Below are positions 18,094 to 28,048 of a stretch of 64,000 nt of DNA, one piece after another; position 1 is the stretch's first letter; each line of letters opens with the position of its first letter. Below the pieces are notes generated by a model. That model was not told the origin of the DNA and made no database searches. It worked only from the letters and a program-made list of their open reading frames with translations. Location of the stretch: the sequence record SRR20825019_2740; one strand, 5' to 3'. The position numbers were made by a program, and so were the translations under genes.

Positions 18094-19121
18094 AAAAGAC
18101 CGCGTCCGATTGTCGCCAGTAAGGTACGTGTACTGTGGCTGTTGCCGTCATGGAGGTTAAAGCGGTGAAGATCATAAGGATTGCACCCGGCAACATTCCA
18201 GCCGGTTTTGGTTGTGCATGCTGCCTTGTAGGTATCGGAGACCAGGTCTTCACCTTTGCCGGTTATGTCGCCATTGGGATAACAGAACACTGGTATGGCG
18301 GCATCGCCCAGGGGTTTGAGGTCCTTAAGGCAGTCCACGATTTCTTCTTTTAGCGATTTTTCATCTTTCAGGCGGTTCAGGCGGTAATGGTGCCTGGTGT
18401 GCGCGCCATACATCACAAGACCGTTTTGCGCCATTTCAGCCAGTTCCGAGCCGCTGAGAATGGATCTGGAGGTTTCCGTGGGGGCGATATCCGGATGCGA
18501 TGTGTAAACCTGTTCAAGAGCCTCAAGGATCGCCACATCTTCGAGTGACTTCAGTCGCGCGATCACTTCGTCCGCTTCCATAAGGGAAAGAGGGCGATTT
18601 GCACCAGGGGTTGGCCCACTAGGCAGGTGAGGTCGCAGCCAGTCGAAGGATGAGTCATTCTCGGGAATGGTCTGTGTGGTCAGTAGGCTGAGCACCTGTT
18701 CCGGCCAGAAGGTGTTGCCGGTGTCGATCATTTGAGTGACCAGGAAGATCGTTGCCGGGGCGTTCTGTGCTTTGAGAGTTGGATAGGCGTACTGGTAGTT
18801 GTCTTGCCAGCCATCGTCAAAGGTGAAGGCAACCGCTAGCTTTGGAAGCGACTTGCCTTGCCTGTTACGGTCAAGCCAGTCGGAAAGGTGGACGGGTTCC
18901 GCCCCAAGTTTACGGGCAAACCTGATATGGTTTTCGAGTGACTGCGGGCTGGTGACCATACCCGGTTGCTCAACGGCACGCTCGGGTGCATCCGCCGGGA
19001 GAATTCGGTGGTAAGTGAGGATCAGGAGCGTTGGCTTTTTTGAGAGACGGACGCGCAGCCAGCCGTAGCACGCCAGTATGGAAAGCGCACCTGATTTAAC
19101 AAGGGATCTGAAGAATGCCAC
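18090..19121 (-). CDS. Polysaccharide deacetylase (CE4 family)
   Basis: LTYHR, TFDDGW, GAHTRHH and FCYPNG motifs; GTG at 19121 preceded by GGAGG (alternative ATG 19187). Confidence 0.88.
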   Translation of the reverse strand: MAFFRSLVKSGALSILACYGWLRVRLSKKPTLLILTYHRILPADAPERAVEQPGMVTSPQSLENHIRFARKLGAEPVHLSDWLDRNRQGKSLPKLAVAFTFDDGWQDNYQYAYPTLKAQNAPATIFLVTQMIDTGNTFWPEQVLSLLTTQTIPENDSSFDWLRPHLPSGPTPGANRPLSLMEADEVIARLKSLEDVAILEALEQVYTSHPDIAPTETSRSILSGSELAEMAQNGLVMYGAHTRHHYRLNRLKDEKSLKEEIVDCLKDLKPLGDAAIPVFCYPNGDITGKGEDLVSDTYKAACTTKTGWNVAGCNPYDLHRFNLHDGNSHSTRTLLATIGRGLL

Positions 19122-19248
19122 GCCTTGGGCCTCCGTCGGCTTCGCCAATGGTTTTGGCTTGTTCGTCCATGTATAGTTTATCGCCATAGCGATTCTGCCA
19201 GTAGTGTGCAGAGATGTCATCCACAAGGGTTCACAGGGATTGGGAGCG

Positions 19249-20385
19249 ATGCTGGTTATTCTATTCTGGTTTGCGGCAATTGGAGCGCTTTTCAGCTACT
19301 TTATTTATCCATTGATTCTTCGCTTTATGCCCCGTCGTCCGGAAGCGGAGCGCGAGCATTCCCAGTCCGGTACTCCACCGGCCGTTTCCCTCATCGTGAC
19401 GGCTCATAATGAAGCCCACCGAATCCGTGACAAAATCGAGAACTGCCTAGCTTTGGACTACCAGGGCCTGGAAATCATTGTTGCTTCGGATGCCTCCAGC
19501 GACGAAACCGACCAGATCGTGGGCGAGTACTCTAATCGCGGTGTGAAGTTGGCCCGTGCCGAGGAGCGGAAGGGAAAGGAGCACGCTCAACTGCAGGCGA
19601 TCAATACCGCAACCGGCGATATCCTGATCTTTTCAGACGTTGCAACGTCGATTCCCGAAGACGCGATTGGCCGCATGGTGGCTTATTTTAATGACCCCAC
19701 TGTGGGCGCTGTGTCCAGCGAGGATCGCTTCATCAGCCGGGATGGCAGTGTGGTGGGTGAAGGTGCCTACGTGCGTTACGAGATGTGGCTGCGGGGCCTG
19801 GAATCAAAACGGGCAGGGCTTGTAGGGCTGAGCGGCTCCTTCTTTGCTGCCCGCAAGGAAGTGTGCCAGGAAAACTGGGATATCTATTCCCCCAGTGATT
19901 TCAATACTGCCTTAAACAGTGCCCGAAGGGGGCTGGTGGCTGTAACGGCGCCGGACGTCCTTGGGTTCTATCAGGATGTGGCGGACGCCTCGAAGGAATA
20001 TCAGCGTAAGGTGCGCACCATCATCCGGGGGCTGACGGCGTTGAGCCGGCATCCCGAGGTGCTCAATCCGTTCAGGTTTGGCCGTTTTGCGTTCCAGGTT
20101 TTCGGTCACAAGCTGATGCGGTGGGCCGTTCCGTGGTTTCAGGCGTTGTTGCTTTTGGTCTCGTTTGCCGTCGTGGGGAAGGGTGGTATCTACGTTCTGG
20201 CATTGATGCTACAGCTGGCTTTTTATGGGTGTGTTCTGGCGGGGCATTTCGCGCCGGAGTTGCGTAAGCACACCCTGGTGAAGATTCCCTATTTCTTTGT
20301 TCAGGTCAATCTGGCGGTTGCCCACGCAACCGTGAGCTTTTTTGCCGGGCGCAGGATGACGGTATGGACACCCTCAAAGCGTTGA
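19249..20385 (+). CDS. Glycosyltransferase family 2, membrane-anchored
   Basis: N-terminal TM; SLIVTAHNE, SDASSD, GK and RKVR motifs; C-terminal TMs. Confidence 0.9.
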   Translation: MLVILFWFAAIGALFSYFIYPLILRFMPRRPEAEREHSQSGTPPAVSLIVTAHNEAHRIRDKIENCLALDYQGLEIIVASDASSDETDQIVGEYSNRGVKLARAEERKGKEHAQLQAINTATGDILIFSDVATSIPEDAIGRMVAYFNDPTVGAVSSEDRFISRDGSVVGEGAYVRYEMWLRGLESKRAGLVGLSGSFFAARKEVCQENWDIYSPSDFNTALNSARRGLVAVTAPDVLGFYQDVADASKEYQRKVRTIIRGLTALSRHPEVLNPFRFGRFAFQVFGHKLMRWAVPWFQALLLLVSFAVVGKGGIYVLALMLQLAFYGCVLAGHFAPELRKHTLVKIPYFFVQVNLAVAHATVSFFAGRRMTVWTPSKR

Positions 20386-20406
20386 TGGCCAATCGAGGTC
20401 TGTTCA

Positions 20407-21570
20407 ATGAAGGGTAAGTTGCGCCCGGTCGGAAGCCCTGTCCCGTTTCCCCGTATTCGTGAGCGCCAGGAGTTGCCTTGGGCAGCGCCTTACCATACTG
20501 AGTTCATGGGCTCCGGTACTGAAGCGCTGTCACTGGCGGTTGCGATTGCCATTCGTCGCCATTCTCAGGTTTCTACACCCGAGGTGATTATTCCCGCCTA
20601 CGGTTGCCCGGATCTGGTGTCGGCAATTGTTGCCCAGGGTGCCAGGCCGGTTTTGGTGGATTTGCTTCCGGATTGCGCATATATGAGCGATACCTGGATT
20701 CGGGAGGCAATAACAGCTTCGACGGTTGCCGTGGTAGGGGTGGGTTTCCTTGGCATTCCGGAGCGTCTGGAAGAGCTCTCGGGCATCTGCCGGGAGCACA
20801 ATCTGTTTCTTATCGAAGACTCAGCTCAGTGTTTCCCGCCTGCAAGCGCCTTTAAACCGCATGCGGATCTTGTTGTGCTGAGTTTTGGGCGAGGAAAGCC
20901 CATCAACCTGATGGGAGGGGGCGCTTTGCTGGTTCGTACAGACCTTGCTGGCCAAGCGGAAGAGTCTGTTGCCCAGCACCCTGTGTCGGTGTTGAAGGTT
21001 GGGATGGCATGGTTGATCAAGCGTTTCGTGTTTAACCTTCTGATGAGGCGATTACCTTACTACGTGCTGGAGCGGCTGCCTTTCCTGGGCATTGGCGAGA
21101 CCAAATTTCACAGACTGGTCACCATTTCCCGTCTTGATCTTCCAGAGAGCGTCCTACAGGCTGGCCTGCGTGATTTTCAGTTACGACCATTGATCCATCA
21201 ACGTTATGACACTGAGTTGGCAGGGCTTGAAGCTCGGGGATGGAAATGCCTGACCAGCGATAGGTCGGAAATGTCCCGTAACGATCTGCAGCAGCCGGTT
21301 CCTTTGCTCCGTTATCCCGTTCTGGCGCCCAGCAAAGACATGCGTGATCGGGCGATAGCGGCTCTGAATTCGGCAGGCATTGGAGCAAGCGCTTTTTATG
21401 AGCGAACACTACCGCAGATAGACGGTGTCGAAGCGGAAGTTGAGGGTAGGGATTACCCGGTGGCCAGTGATTTTGCATCGCGTTTACTGACGCTGCCTAC
21501 CCATGAAAACGTAACGTCCGCAGACGTTACGCTCATAGGTCGTATCCTTTTGAGTCTGAAGGAGTTTTAG
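20407..21570 (+). CDS. DegT/DnrJ/EryC1/StrS PLP-dependent sugar aminotransferase family
   Basis: SGTEAL, IEDSAQ, SFGRGK (PLP lysine), GGGAL and LTLPTH motifs. Confidence 0.85.
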   Translation: MKGKLRPVGSPVPFPRIRERQELPWAAPYHTEFMGSGTEALSLAVAIAIRRHSQVSTPEVIIPAYGCPDLVSAIVAQGARPVLVDLLPDCAYMSDTWIREAITASTVAVVGVGFLGIPERLEELSGICREHNLFLIEDSAQCFPPASAFKPHADLVVLSFGRGKPINLMGGGALLVRTDLAGQAEESVAQHPVSVLKVGMAWLIKRFVFNLLMRRLPYYVLERLPFLGIGETKFHRLVTISRLDLPESVLQAGLRDFQLRPLIHQRYDTELAGLEARGWKCLTSDRSEMSRNDLQQPVPLLRYPVLAPSKDMRDRAIAALNSAGIGASAFYERTLPQIDGVEAEVEGRDYPVASDFASRLLTLPTHENVTSADVTLIGRILLSLKEF

Positions 21571-21577
21571 TCACGCC

Positions 21578-23128
21578 CTATTCAATCGTGCGTGTTGCAA
21601 TCTCCGAGTACTCACTTGTCAGGCCATTGGAGTCAACCGCCCGGATCTTGAATTGCCACTCGCCGCTCTCCAGATCCTTGAGGATGTGGCTGTTGTGGCG
21701 TCCTGGTTCGATTGATACGGTATTCTCCGTTGCTGACGAACCGGTTAGCCTTATGGCATCCGCGATCACGTAGCCGTCTGAATCATTGTCTATTTCCACC
21801 ACCGCTTGGGAACCTCCGCTGACAAAGGTTCCGAGCAGTTGCCAGGAGCCCCCGTTTTCCCGCTGATCAACCGTTACAGCTTCGGTAGTTTGTGAGCCGT
21901 TCGAAGACGTATAGGTGTACCTGTACTCCGCATCGGGCGCGCGCAATGGAGTGGATACCCAATGCCCATAAAGCTCGTACTCCGTCCCTGAGCTAAGCTC
22001 GTAAACCTGCCACTGCGCACTGACTTCGCCAGAGCCGGGATTCATAATGAAATAGTTGTCGCCAATGAATCCGCCATAGCCTGTGGATTCGCGGCCGCCG
22101 CCATAAGAGACGAACTCGGAGTCTGTGTTATCGATGGTCATGTCCGCCGACGAAGATGCTCGCTGGTACGACAGTTCGTACTCGGCAATATCGCTTTGGC
22201 TGAGAGCGCTGCCATCGACTCTCTCGGTAGGAGCCTCCCAGGTCAGCAATACAGAGTTGCTGGCGAGGCCGCTGGTATCGTCGTTGGGGTCTGTATCAGC
22301 CAGGTATTCCTGAAAATTCGTCAGGCCGTCTGCGTCAGAGTCCAGCCCCGAGTCATCAACGGTGGGATCCAGGCCGTAGGCCACTTCGAAGCCGTCCGGG
22401 ATACCGTCGGCGTCAGTATCGCCAATCGTTGGATCCGTGAGGAAAACAAACTCGTCTTTGTTGGAGAGCCCATCGCCATCCAGGTCCTGACCGGCATCAG
22501 ACGGGTCGTCTGGGTTAAGCCCATATTGCCGCTCCCATTCGTCGTCAATGCCATCGCCGTCGCTGTCACCGGTAGCTGGAACGTCATCATCCTGATCGTC
22601 ACCAATTCCAATCTCACGGAACATCACCGCATCGGCAACCACGTAACCGTCGGCGTCATCGCTGACGGTTACGCGCCCTGTAAGGGTGGACATTCGGTAG
22701 GTGCCGAGCTTCACCCATTCACCACTGTTTTGTCTCTGATCGACGGTGACCGTCTCCGTAACAAGGTTGTCCCGATCATCAAGGTAGTGAACGACGTATT
22801 TAACGTTGGAGCCCCTCAGCCCTGAGGAGGTCCACTTTGCATACACGTCAAAGGTTCTGATGATGTTCAGGTTCCAGGTGGCAACATTATTGCCCGATCC
22901 GGGCGCAGATTGCAGGTAGTGGTCGCCTTGGTAGCCAGAAACGGATGTAGAGCGAGTCCAGTTGCCCTCGGTGTAAAAGCCAATGCTGTCGCTGTCGATA
23001 ATATGATCGGCTGGGCCTCCGGCGGCGGGCGGTGGGAGATCGTCAACAGGCGATTGGGGTTGGATGGCACAACCTGCAAATAGCGAGCTCGTGATAGACA
23101 GAACTAAAATCGTCTTATTTCTGGCCAT
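21578..23128 (-). CDS. Lipoprotein with two golvesin/xanthan-lyase-CBD-like domains, Asp-rich Ca-binding repeats and an interrupted FN3-like domain
   Basis: Lipobox LFAGC; two copies of VTVDQR-x-N-x-G-x-W-x2-LGT...ADA; DxDxDG repeats; LTWEAP...F-x-IRAVD-x2-G-x2-S FN3 halves. Confidence 0.7.
   Translation of the reverse strand: MARNKTILVLSITSSLFAGCAIQPQSPVDDLPPPAAGGPADHIIDSDSIGFYTEGNWTRSTSVSGYQGDHYLQSAPGSGNNVATWNLNIIRTFDVYAKWTSSGLRGSNVKYVVHYLDDRDNLVTETVTVDQRQNSGEWVKLGTYRMSTLTGRVTVSDDADGYVVADAVMFREIGIGDDQDDDVPATGDSDGDGIDDEWERQYGLNPDDPSDAGQDLDGDGLSNKDEFVFLTDPTIGDTDADGIPDGFEVAYGLDPTVDDSGLDSDADGLTNFQEYLADTDPNDDTSGLASNSVLLTWEAPTERVDGSALSQSDIAEYELSYQRASSSADMTIDNTDSEFVSYGGGRESTGYGGFIGDNYFIMNPGSGEVSAQWQVYELSSGTEYELYGHWVSTPLRAPDAEYRYTYTSSNGSQTTEAVTVDQRENGGSWQLLGTFVSGGSQAVVEIDNDSDGYVIADAIRLTGSSATENTVSIEPGRHNSHILKDLESGEWQFKIRAVDSNGLTSEYSEIATRTIE
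22270..22575 (-). repeat. Three to four degenerate DxDxDG(I/L)xxxxE...G/TxP repeats (thrombospondin-3-like Ca-binding)
   Basis: DSDGDGIDD, DLDGDGLSN, DTDADGIPD, DSDADGLTN in the protein. Confidence 0.75.
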
Positions 23129-23270
23129 GGGAGCGTCCTCTGGCGACTGGGTTTAAAGATACGGACTTCTAGGTTCAAGCGTGTACTGAGACGCCGACGA
23201 ATGTCTTTGAACGCGGATTCTTTTTGTTTTGTATCTTCGTTTTACTGGGTGAGTCGTCCGAAAGAACCTA

Positions 23271-23295
23271 TGTCCGAAAATTTTGTGTTCGGACA
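23271..23295. promoter_or_regulatory. Perfect 8-bp inverted repeat, candidate operator
   Basis: TGTCCGAA-N9-TTCGGACA in the intergenic region upstream of the lipoprotein gene; extra GTCCGAAA half-site at 23256-23263. Confidence 0.4.
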
Positions 23296-23469
23296 ATTAC
23301 AAGTATTGTTGGTGGTTACGGTATTTTCTAATGCTTACTTCAATCGTTTTTGAATGTTAAATCGAGGTATATGCACTTAACGTATAAGTGTCCTATAAGT
23401 CGGAAGAGTAAGGGATAGTATAGATAAGCCTTGGTCCAGACCGAGCGCATTGCCGGAGGAGGTTTGTAC

Positions 23470-24438
23470 CTAGAAACCAGTGGGCGGCTTGTATCCCCTG
23501 AGCCGCTTCTTCAAACCCACGAGCAATCTCCCCAGACCGAATTTAATGCCATCAAAAGGCGACTCACCAGGAAACCTCGGAGACACACCAAACCGCCGTA
23601 ACAGTCGATTCAGCGAATGGATATAGGCCTGCCTGCGGGTGGTTTTGGTATAGAAGACAATGCCAATAGAAACCGTTACGCCGTTATCCGGGGTTACCCA
23701 GGTATTCTCGGTACGTGTTGAGTGGGGCGAGGTGCTGGGGAAATAGACACCTTCTCCGGGGCCAAGGTCCCACTCGTGGCGAGCGTCCATGAACTCGTCC
23801 TTCAGGATGACGTCGTGAAGGGAGCCGTCGATGATGAAGCTTTCCACGGTATAGGCGGGGATGATGCCTCTGTCGTGGGAATCCCAGACGTTCATGATTT
23901 TACGGCCGTGTATCTGCAGCCAAAAGTTGTTCTCCCGGTCGATGTGAAAGGGCGTTACTGACGGAGGCGCGGAGATGAAAATGAACGCCTGCGGGCTGAA
24001 AATGCCAGGCTGCTCCCGATCAACCAGGTGCTCGACGGATGAGATAGCCTCGTTGACGAGACCGGCATACTGCGGGTCGGTTTCTGCATTGTACAAAGCC
24101 ACCCAGGAGCCGGGTTCCGAGATGTTTGCAAAGACGTCGGAAAGATCGCGCCCGTCCGGGCTTTCGGCGTGATGAATGAACTTGGAACTCTGCTTGGCAC
24201 CAGGGGCGATAAAGCGGCATTGTTTTGAGGGCAGCAGGCGGTGAGCCAATGCTTCCAGTTGATCAAGCTGGAGCAGAGGGTGTTCATAGAAGTTGTGCCC
24301 AAGGAGCGAGATGCTGTTCAGGGAAAAGTCCGTTTCGTCTTCAACCCAGACCTTGAACCTGCCCGTGGGTGCTGCAGGCTGATCGTTTTTCACTTGGTTT
24401 GCCGTTTCGGGAACGGCTATCTGTTCAGCTGTATCCAT
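23470..24438 (-). CDS. JmjC/cupin-like Fe(II)/2-oxoglutarate oxygenase
   Basis: PFHIDRE (HxD), QIHGRK and L-x-PGEGVYFP-x3-PH facial-triad pattern. Confidence 0.78.
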   Translation of the reverse strand: MDTAEQIAVPETANQVKNDQPAAPTGRFKVWVEDETDFSLNSISLLGHNFYEHPLLQLDQLEALAHRLLPSKQCRFIAPGAKQSSKFIHHAESPDGRDLSDVFANISEPGSWVALYNAETDPQYAGLVNEAISSVEHLVDREQPGIFSPQAFIFISAPPSVTPFHIDRENNFWLQIHGRKIMNVWDSHDRGIIPAYTVESFIIDGSLHDVILKDEFMDARHEWDLGPGEGVYFPSTSPHSTRTENTWVTPDNGVTVSIGIVFYTKTTRRQAYIHSLNRLLRRFGVSPRFPGESPFDGIKFGLGRLLVGLKKRLRGYKPPTGF

Positions 24439-24529
24439 GCTCGCCTGCTCCTACTCGGGATGGCGTAAAAAAATTATAGGTAGACCGCAGAAAGCCGTCA
24501 ATTGGACGGAACGCGGACCGAAGGGTTAC

Positions 24530-25351
24530 TCACTTCGGATCATTAACCGTGAAATAAAACCCGTGGTAGTGCTCTACGGTTTTCTCCAGATGGTAGGGGA
24601 TTTCTATCCGGCGCGGGTTTTTCCACCGGTCCACCAATCGGTACCCTGCCTTTTCCATGTCACTCACCAGGTTGGCTTGCGAGCTGATGTGATAGGGCAC
24701 TTCGCAGACTTCCAGGTATTGCAGTGTCCAGAAGTCTTCCGTCGGGTGGGCGGGCAGGTTGTGGACCAACACATGCTTGGGAAGCCGCTGGAGCTGGCTC
24801 ACGGTGTCGGCAATGTTGGTGTCCATGTATTGCAGTGTGCCTGCCGTCATGAAGATGTCTGCGGCGTCTTCCTCGCCCATGTCGTTACTGTCGATGAATG
24901 CGAGCCGTATTTCGTCTTTCTGGCTGGCGATTTTACGCCCGGCTTCGACGGCCGCCGGCAACTCTGCGATCACCCATTGGAGTCCGTCGGGGTACGAGAA
25001 GAAATTTTCGAAACTGTAGAACCCCTGGCCGATACTGCCGCCCAGTTCCAGTAGCCGTTGGGAAGGCTGCATCAGCCGGGAGAGCCAGAATAACAACGGG
25101 TAATCGATATCCAGCACCCGTTTGTCCAGTACTGGCAGCTCCTGCTCCAGATGTTCCCCCTTGTTTTGGTTGATGACGTCGTACTCGTTGGCCAACTGGC
25201 TGATGGCCTGCTGCTGGGCTTCGTGGAAGGAATCGTAAATGCCCCGGTAGGTAATGCCCAGCCGCTTCCTGGCCATGTGGAGGTAGAGGTCGTGACCATA
25301 GGGCAGCAGTTCGATGCTATTGATGATCCGGTTCTTCAAGGCTTTATTCAC
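24530..25351 (-). CDS. Putative SAM-dependent methyltransferase
   Basis: LLELGGSIG glycine-rich motif, W-x-I-x-ELP and GTLQY; AAAGGAG RBS before GTG. Confidence 0.72.
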   Translation of the reverse strand: MNKALKNRIINSIELLPYGHDLYLHMARKRLGITYRGIYDSFHEAQQQAISQLANEYDVINQNKGEHLEQELPVLDKRVLDIDYPLLFWLSRLMQPSQRLLELGGSIGQGFYSFENFFSYPDGLQWVIAELPAAVEAGRKIASQKDEIRLAFIDSNDMGEEDAADIFMTAGTLQYMDTNIADTVSQLQRLPKHVLVHNLPAHPTEDFWTLQYLEVCEVPYHISSQANLVSDMEKAGYRLVDRWKNPRRIEIPYHLEKTVEHYHGFYFTVNDPK

Positions 25352-25388
25352 TGTTGTCTCCTTTACGCAACGGATTGCGCCAGTGAGT

Positions 25389-27203
25389 CTATTCCGATGT
25401 TTTTATGGGCAATGCCACGGAGGACGGGGTGTCTCCACCAAAGTAAACCCTGTTGGTGGCGACAAACGTATCCGAATCGCTGTATTCGTCTTTTCCGGTG
25501 TTGAGGTTCCGCGCCAGGCGTGGAAAGTTGCTGCTTGAAATGTGGAACTCGAGCCGGTGTCCTTTCCGGAAGCGATAGGCAATGGGCCTCATTTCCAGTT
25601 CAACCCGATAGATGCGGCCCGGTTCGACGGGGCTTGGGTTGTCGATACCGTTCCGGTAACGCAGGCGGACGACGCCATCCTGGAGGTTAAAGGCCCTGCC
25701 ATCCGGGTACTGGTCGACCATCTTGACGGTAAAATCCGTATCCTGGGCGTTGGTCGACACGTAGAGGACAACGTTGGCATTGCCAACCAATTCCATGTCC
25801 TGCTCCAGTGGGTCACTTGCGTGAACCAACACATCCTGACGTGATTTCAGTGGCCTCTGGTCGAGCGGCCCGGGTTTATCTTCCGGCCTGTAAGTACAGC
25901 AGATTGGCCCGCCGAGGGTGGGGACGGGATCTAAAGGGTCGTAGGTAAACTGTTCATACAACGGGCCACTTTGCTCAGGGGCGCTGTTTAGGTCCGCCTC
26001 CTTTACCAGGCGATTGCCCGGCATGAAATAGTGGCGTTGGTCGCTGGCATCGGCAGGCGGCCACTGCTCAGAGGTATTCCATTCCCCGGAATGGATCGAG
26101 TAATACTCGAAATCGGGTGGCAGGTCCGTTGGTTCGTCTTTCAGCCAATAATCAAACCAGTCGATGTAGGTTTGCCGGAAATCTTTGCCGGCGTAATCAA
26201 ACGACATCTCACCAATGGTGACTTCCCCGGGCTTCAGTTTTCCGGCGCCGCAATGCACGCCTGGTGCGATCAGTACAGGCTGGGACTTCGCTCGGGGATG
26301 GCGGGCGTTCTCTGCCATGTGTTCGGCCAGCTTGAAGGTGTTATGGGCCGTTTGGTCGAACCAGTCGTTGATATGCAGTGTGGCCACCGAGAACTCGTCG
26401 TCCGGGTGGGTGTAGCCTTCTTCGTCCCACCAGTTGTCCGTTAAGGGGTGGCGAATAATGTCATCGAAGCCAGTTTCGTAGGGAACGATCTTGTCTGCAA
26501 TCCCGGAAACGGGCAGGTGGGTCATATAGGTACGCATTCGCTCTTCGTAATCGTCGGGGCGTGGCGTTACCTTGAAATCCTTTGCGCCCTCAGCGGTGAA
26601 CCACCCTAATGAAGAAGCCAGGTTCAACACGCCGTTTTCGAACACGCCAAAATAGCCAAACGTGTCCTTGACCTTGCCGGCGGCACCGCCGGCGCCGGAC
26701 GCAATCATGGCGATGTGATTCGGGTGGTTGGCCGCGGCAAGTATGATCTGGCTTTCACCCAGGTAGGAGCATCCAAATGTTCCGATTTTGCCGGTTGACC
26801 AGGGCTGTTCAACCAACCATTCGATGGTGTCGTAGCCGTCTTGCTTTGCAGTCAAGTAGGGGCTCTTGTAACGACCCTCTGAGTAAAATCGGCCACGGAC
26901 ATGTTGTACGATCACGGCGTAGTTGTGCCTGACGAAGTGCCGGACGGTGCTGAATTCGATGCCGCCATAGGTGGTGCGAATGTATATAACCGGATGGCGT
27001 TTGTTTCCAAGCGGCCGGTATACGTCTGTTGCAAGCTTCACACCGTCGCGCATGGGAACCATGACATTGCGGGCCCGTTGCATGTTTTCGCGCATGGGCA
27101 TGGTGACATCGCCCAGCCACAGCTTTACGTCGTCTGCGCGATAGCCGAGCACGGCAAGGATGGCGATCAGGATCAGCGAACTGGTGATCAGGACGAATTT
27201 CAT
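25389..27203 (-). CDS. CocE/NonD family hydrolase/acyltransferase with N-terminal signal or anchor
   Basis: VPMRDGVKLATDVY, RGRF-x-SEG, GCSYLG nucleophile motif and SSSNFPR; hydrophobic N-terminus. Confidence 0.9.
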   Translation of the reverse strand: MKFVLITSSLILIAILAVLGYRADDVKLWLGDVTMPMRENMQRARNVMVPMRDGVKLATDVYRPLGNKRHPVIYIRTTYGGIEFSTVRHFVRHNYAVIVQHVRGRFYSEGRYKSPYLTAKQDGYDTIEWLVEQPWSTGKIGTFGCSYLGESQIILAAANHPNHIAMIASGAGGAAGKVKDTFGYFGVFENGVLNLASSLGWFTAEGAKDFKVTPRPDDYEERMRTYMTHLPVSGIADKIVPYETGFDDIIRHPLTDNWWDEEGYTHPDDEFSVATLHINDWFDQTAHNTFKLAEHMAENARHPRAKSQPVLIAPGVHCGAGKLKPGEVTIGEMSFDYAGKDFRQTYIDWFDYWLKDEPTDLPPDFEYYSIHSGEWNTSEQWPPADASDQRHYFMPGNRLVKEADLNSAPEQSGPLYEQFTYDPLDPVPTLGGPICCTYRPEDKPGPLDQRPLKSRQDVLVHASDPLEQDMELVGNANVVLYVSTNAQDTDFTVKMVDQYPDGRAFNLQDGVVRLRYRNGIDNPSPVEPGRIYRVELEMRPIAYRFRKGHRLEFHISSSNFPRLARNLNTGKDEYSDSDTFVATNRVYFGGDTPSSVALPIKTSE

Positions 27204-28048
27204 TCCGGTTTCAGGGTCTTCAAGTGATCCAGTTGTTTATTGGCCCAGTCTGTAATGGTGCCGATCAGGCGTTGTCGGTGCACTTCGATGGAGAAGATGT
27301 GCTTGGCATTGGGCCAGAAGACTTCCTCGATAATGGGTTCAAGGCCTTTGATGTCCATGGCAGAGGCGAACTGGCCAAGCTTGTTGTAGTGGTAGAGGGT
27401 TTGGCTGGTAAACACGGCGAACACCCGGCCATCTTTTTCCACCAGGCTCTCGAAGCAACGGTCCATATCGTCTTCATTGGGCTCATCCCGCAAGTCCATG
27501 GGGGAGCTAAGCAGCGAGTGTTCACCGCTGGTGTTCTGTTTCAGCCTGCGGGAGACAATTTTATGGATATTCAACCACTTGTTAGGGTTTGTCAGCTTCC
27601 GGAGCAGTTCTCGCTTCGCGAAACCTTCGTCCTGCCGGGACACCGGGTCCAGAAGGATAAGCCCCTTGATGGATGGGTCCTGGGCGCAGAGTTTGATGCC
27701 GTTGTCGGCACCTGAACACAAACCGAAGATCAGCAGGGGCCTGGAGCCATAGAGCTTTTCGAGGGATTTCTTCATGAATGACCAGTCGAGGGCCACTGAT
27801 TCCCGGTTGGTCATGGTTTCGTGGGCTGGGGAGTCCCCCTTGCCAGACAGGTCCACCCGCAACGCGATATAACCCAGTTCCGCGAGTTGGCGGCCGAGCA
27901 GTACATTCAGCCGATAGGGCTCCGCCCGGTGGGACAGGCCGGCGTTCAGCAGCACCACAATGGGGCTGTTGAAGGTGTCTTCAGGCTCGGAGAGAACGCC
28001 AATGCCGTGCTGGTGTTCCCCATAGGTGAATATCCGTTCCTTGATCAT
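27200..28048 (-). CDS. Alpha/beta hydrolase fold protein (XrtA-associated hydrolase-1-like)
   Basis: LLNAG-x2-HR-x2-P-x-R, DLSG-x-GDS, GLCSGAD elbow, H-x-F near the C-terminus; ATG 28048 overlaps the upstream TGA. Confidence 0.78.
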   Translation of the reverse strand: MIKERIFTYGEHQHGIGVLSEPEDTFNSPIVVLLNAGLSHRAEPYRLNVLLGRQLAELGYIALRVDLSGKGDSPAHETMTNRESVALDWSFMKKSLEKLYGSRPLLIFGLCSGADNGIKLCAQDPSIKGLILLDPVSRQDEGFAKRELLRKLTNPNKWLNIHKIVSRRLKQNTSGEHSLLSSPMDLRDEPNEDDMDRCFESLVEKDGRVFAVFTSQTLYHYNKLGQFASAMDIKGLEPIIEEVFWPNAKHIFSIEVHRQRLIGTITDWANKQLDHLKTLKPE

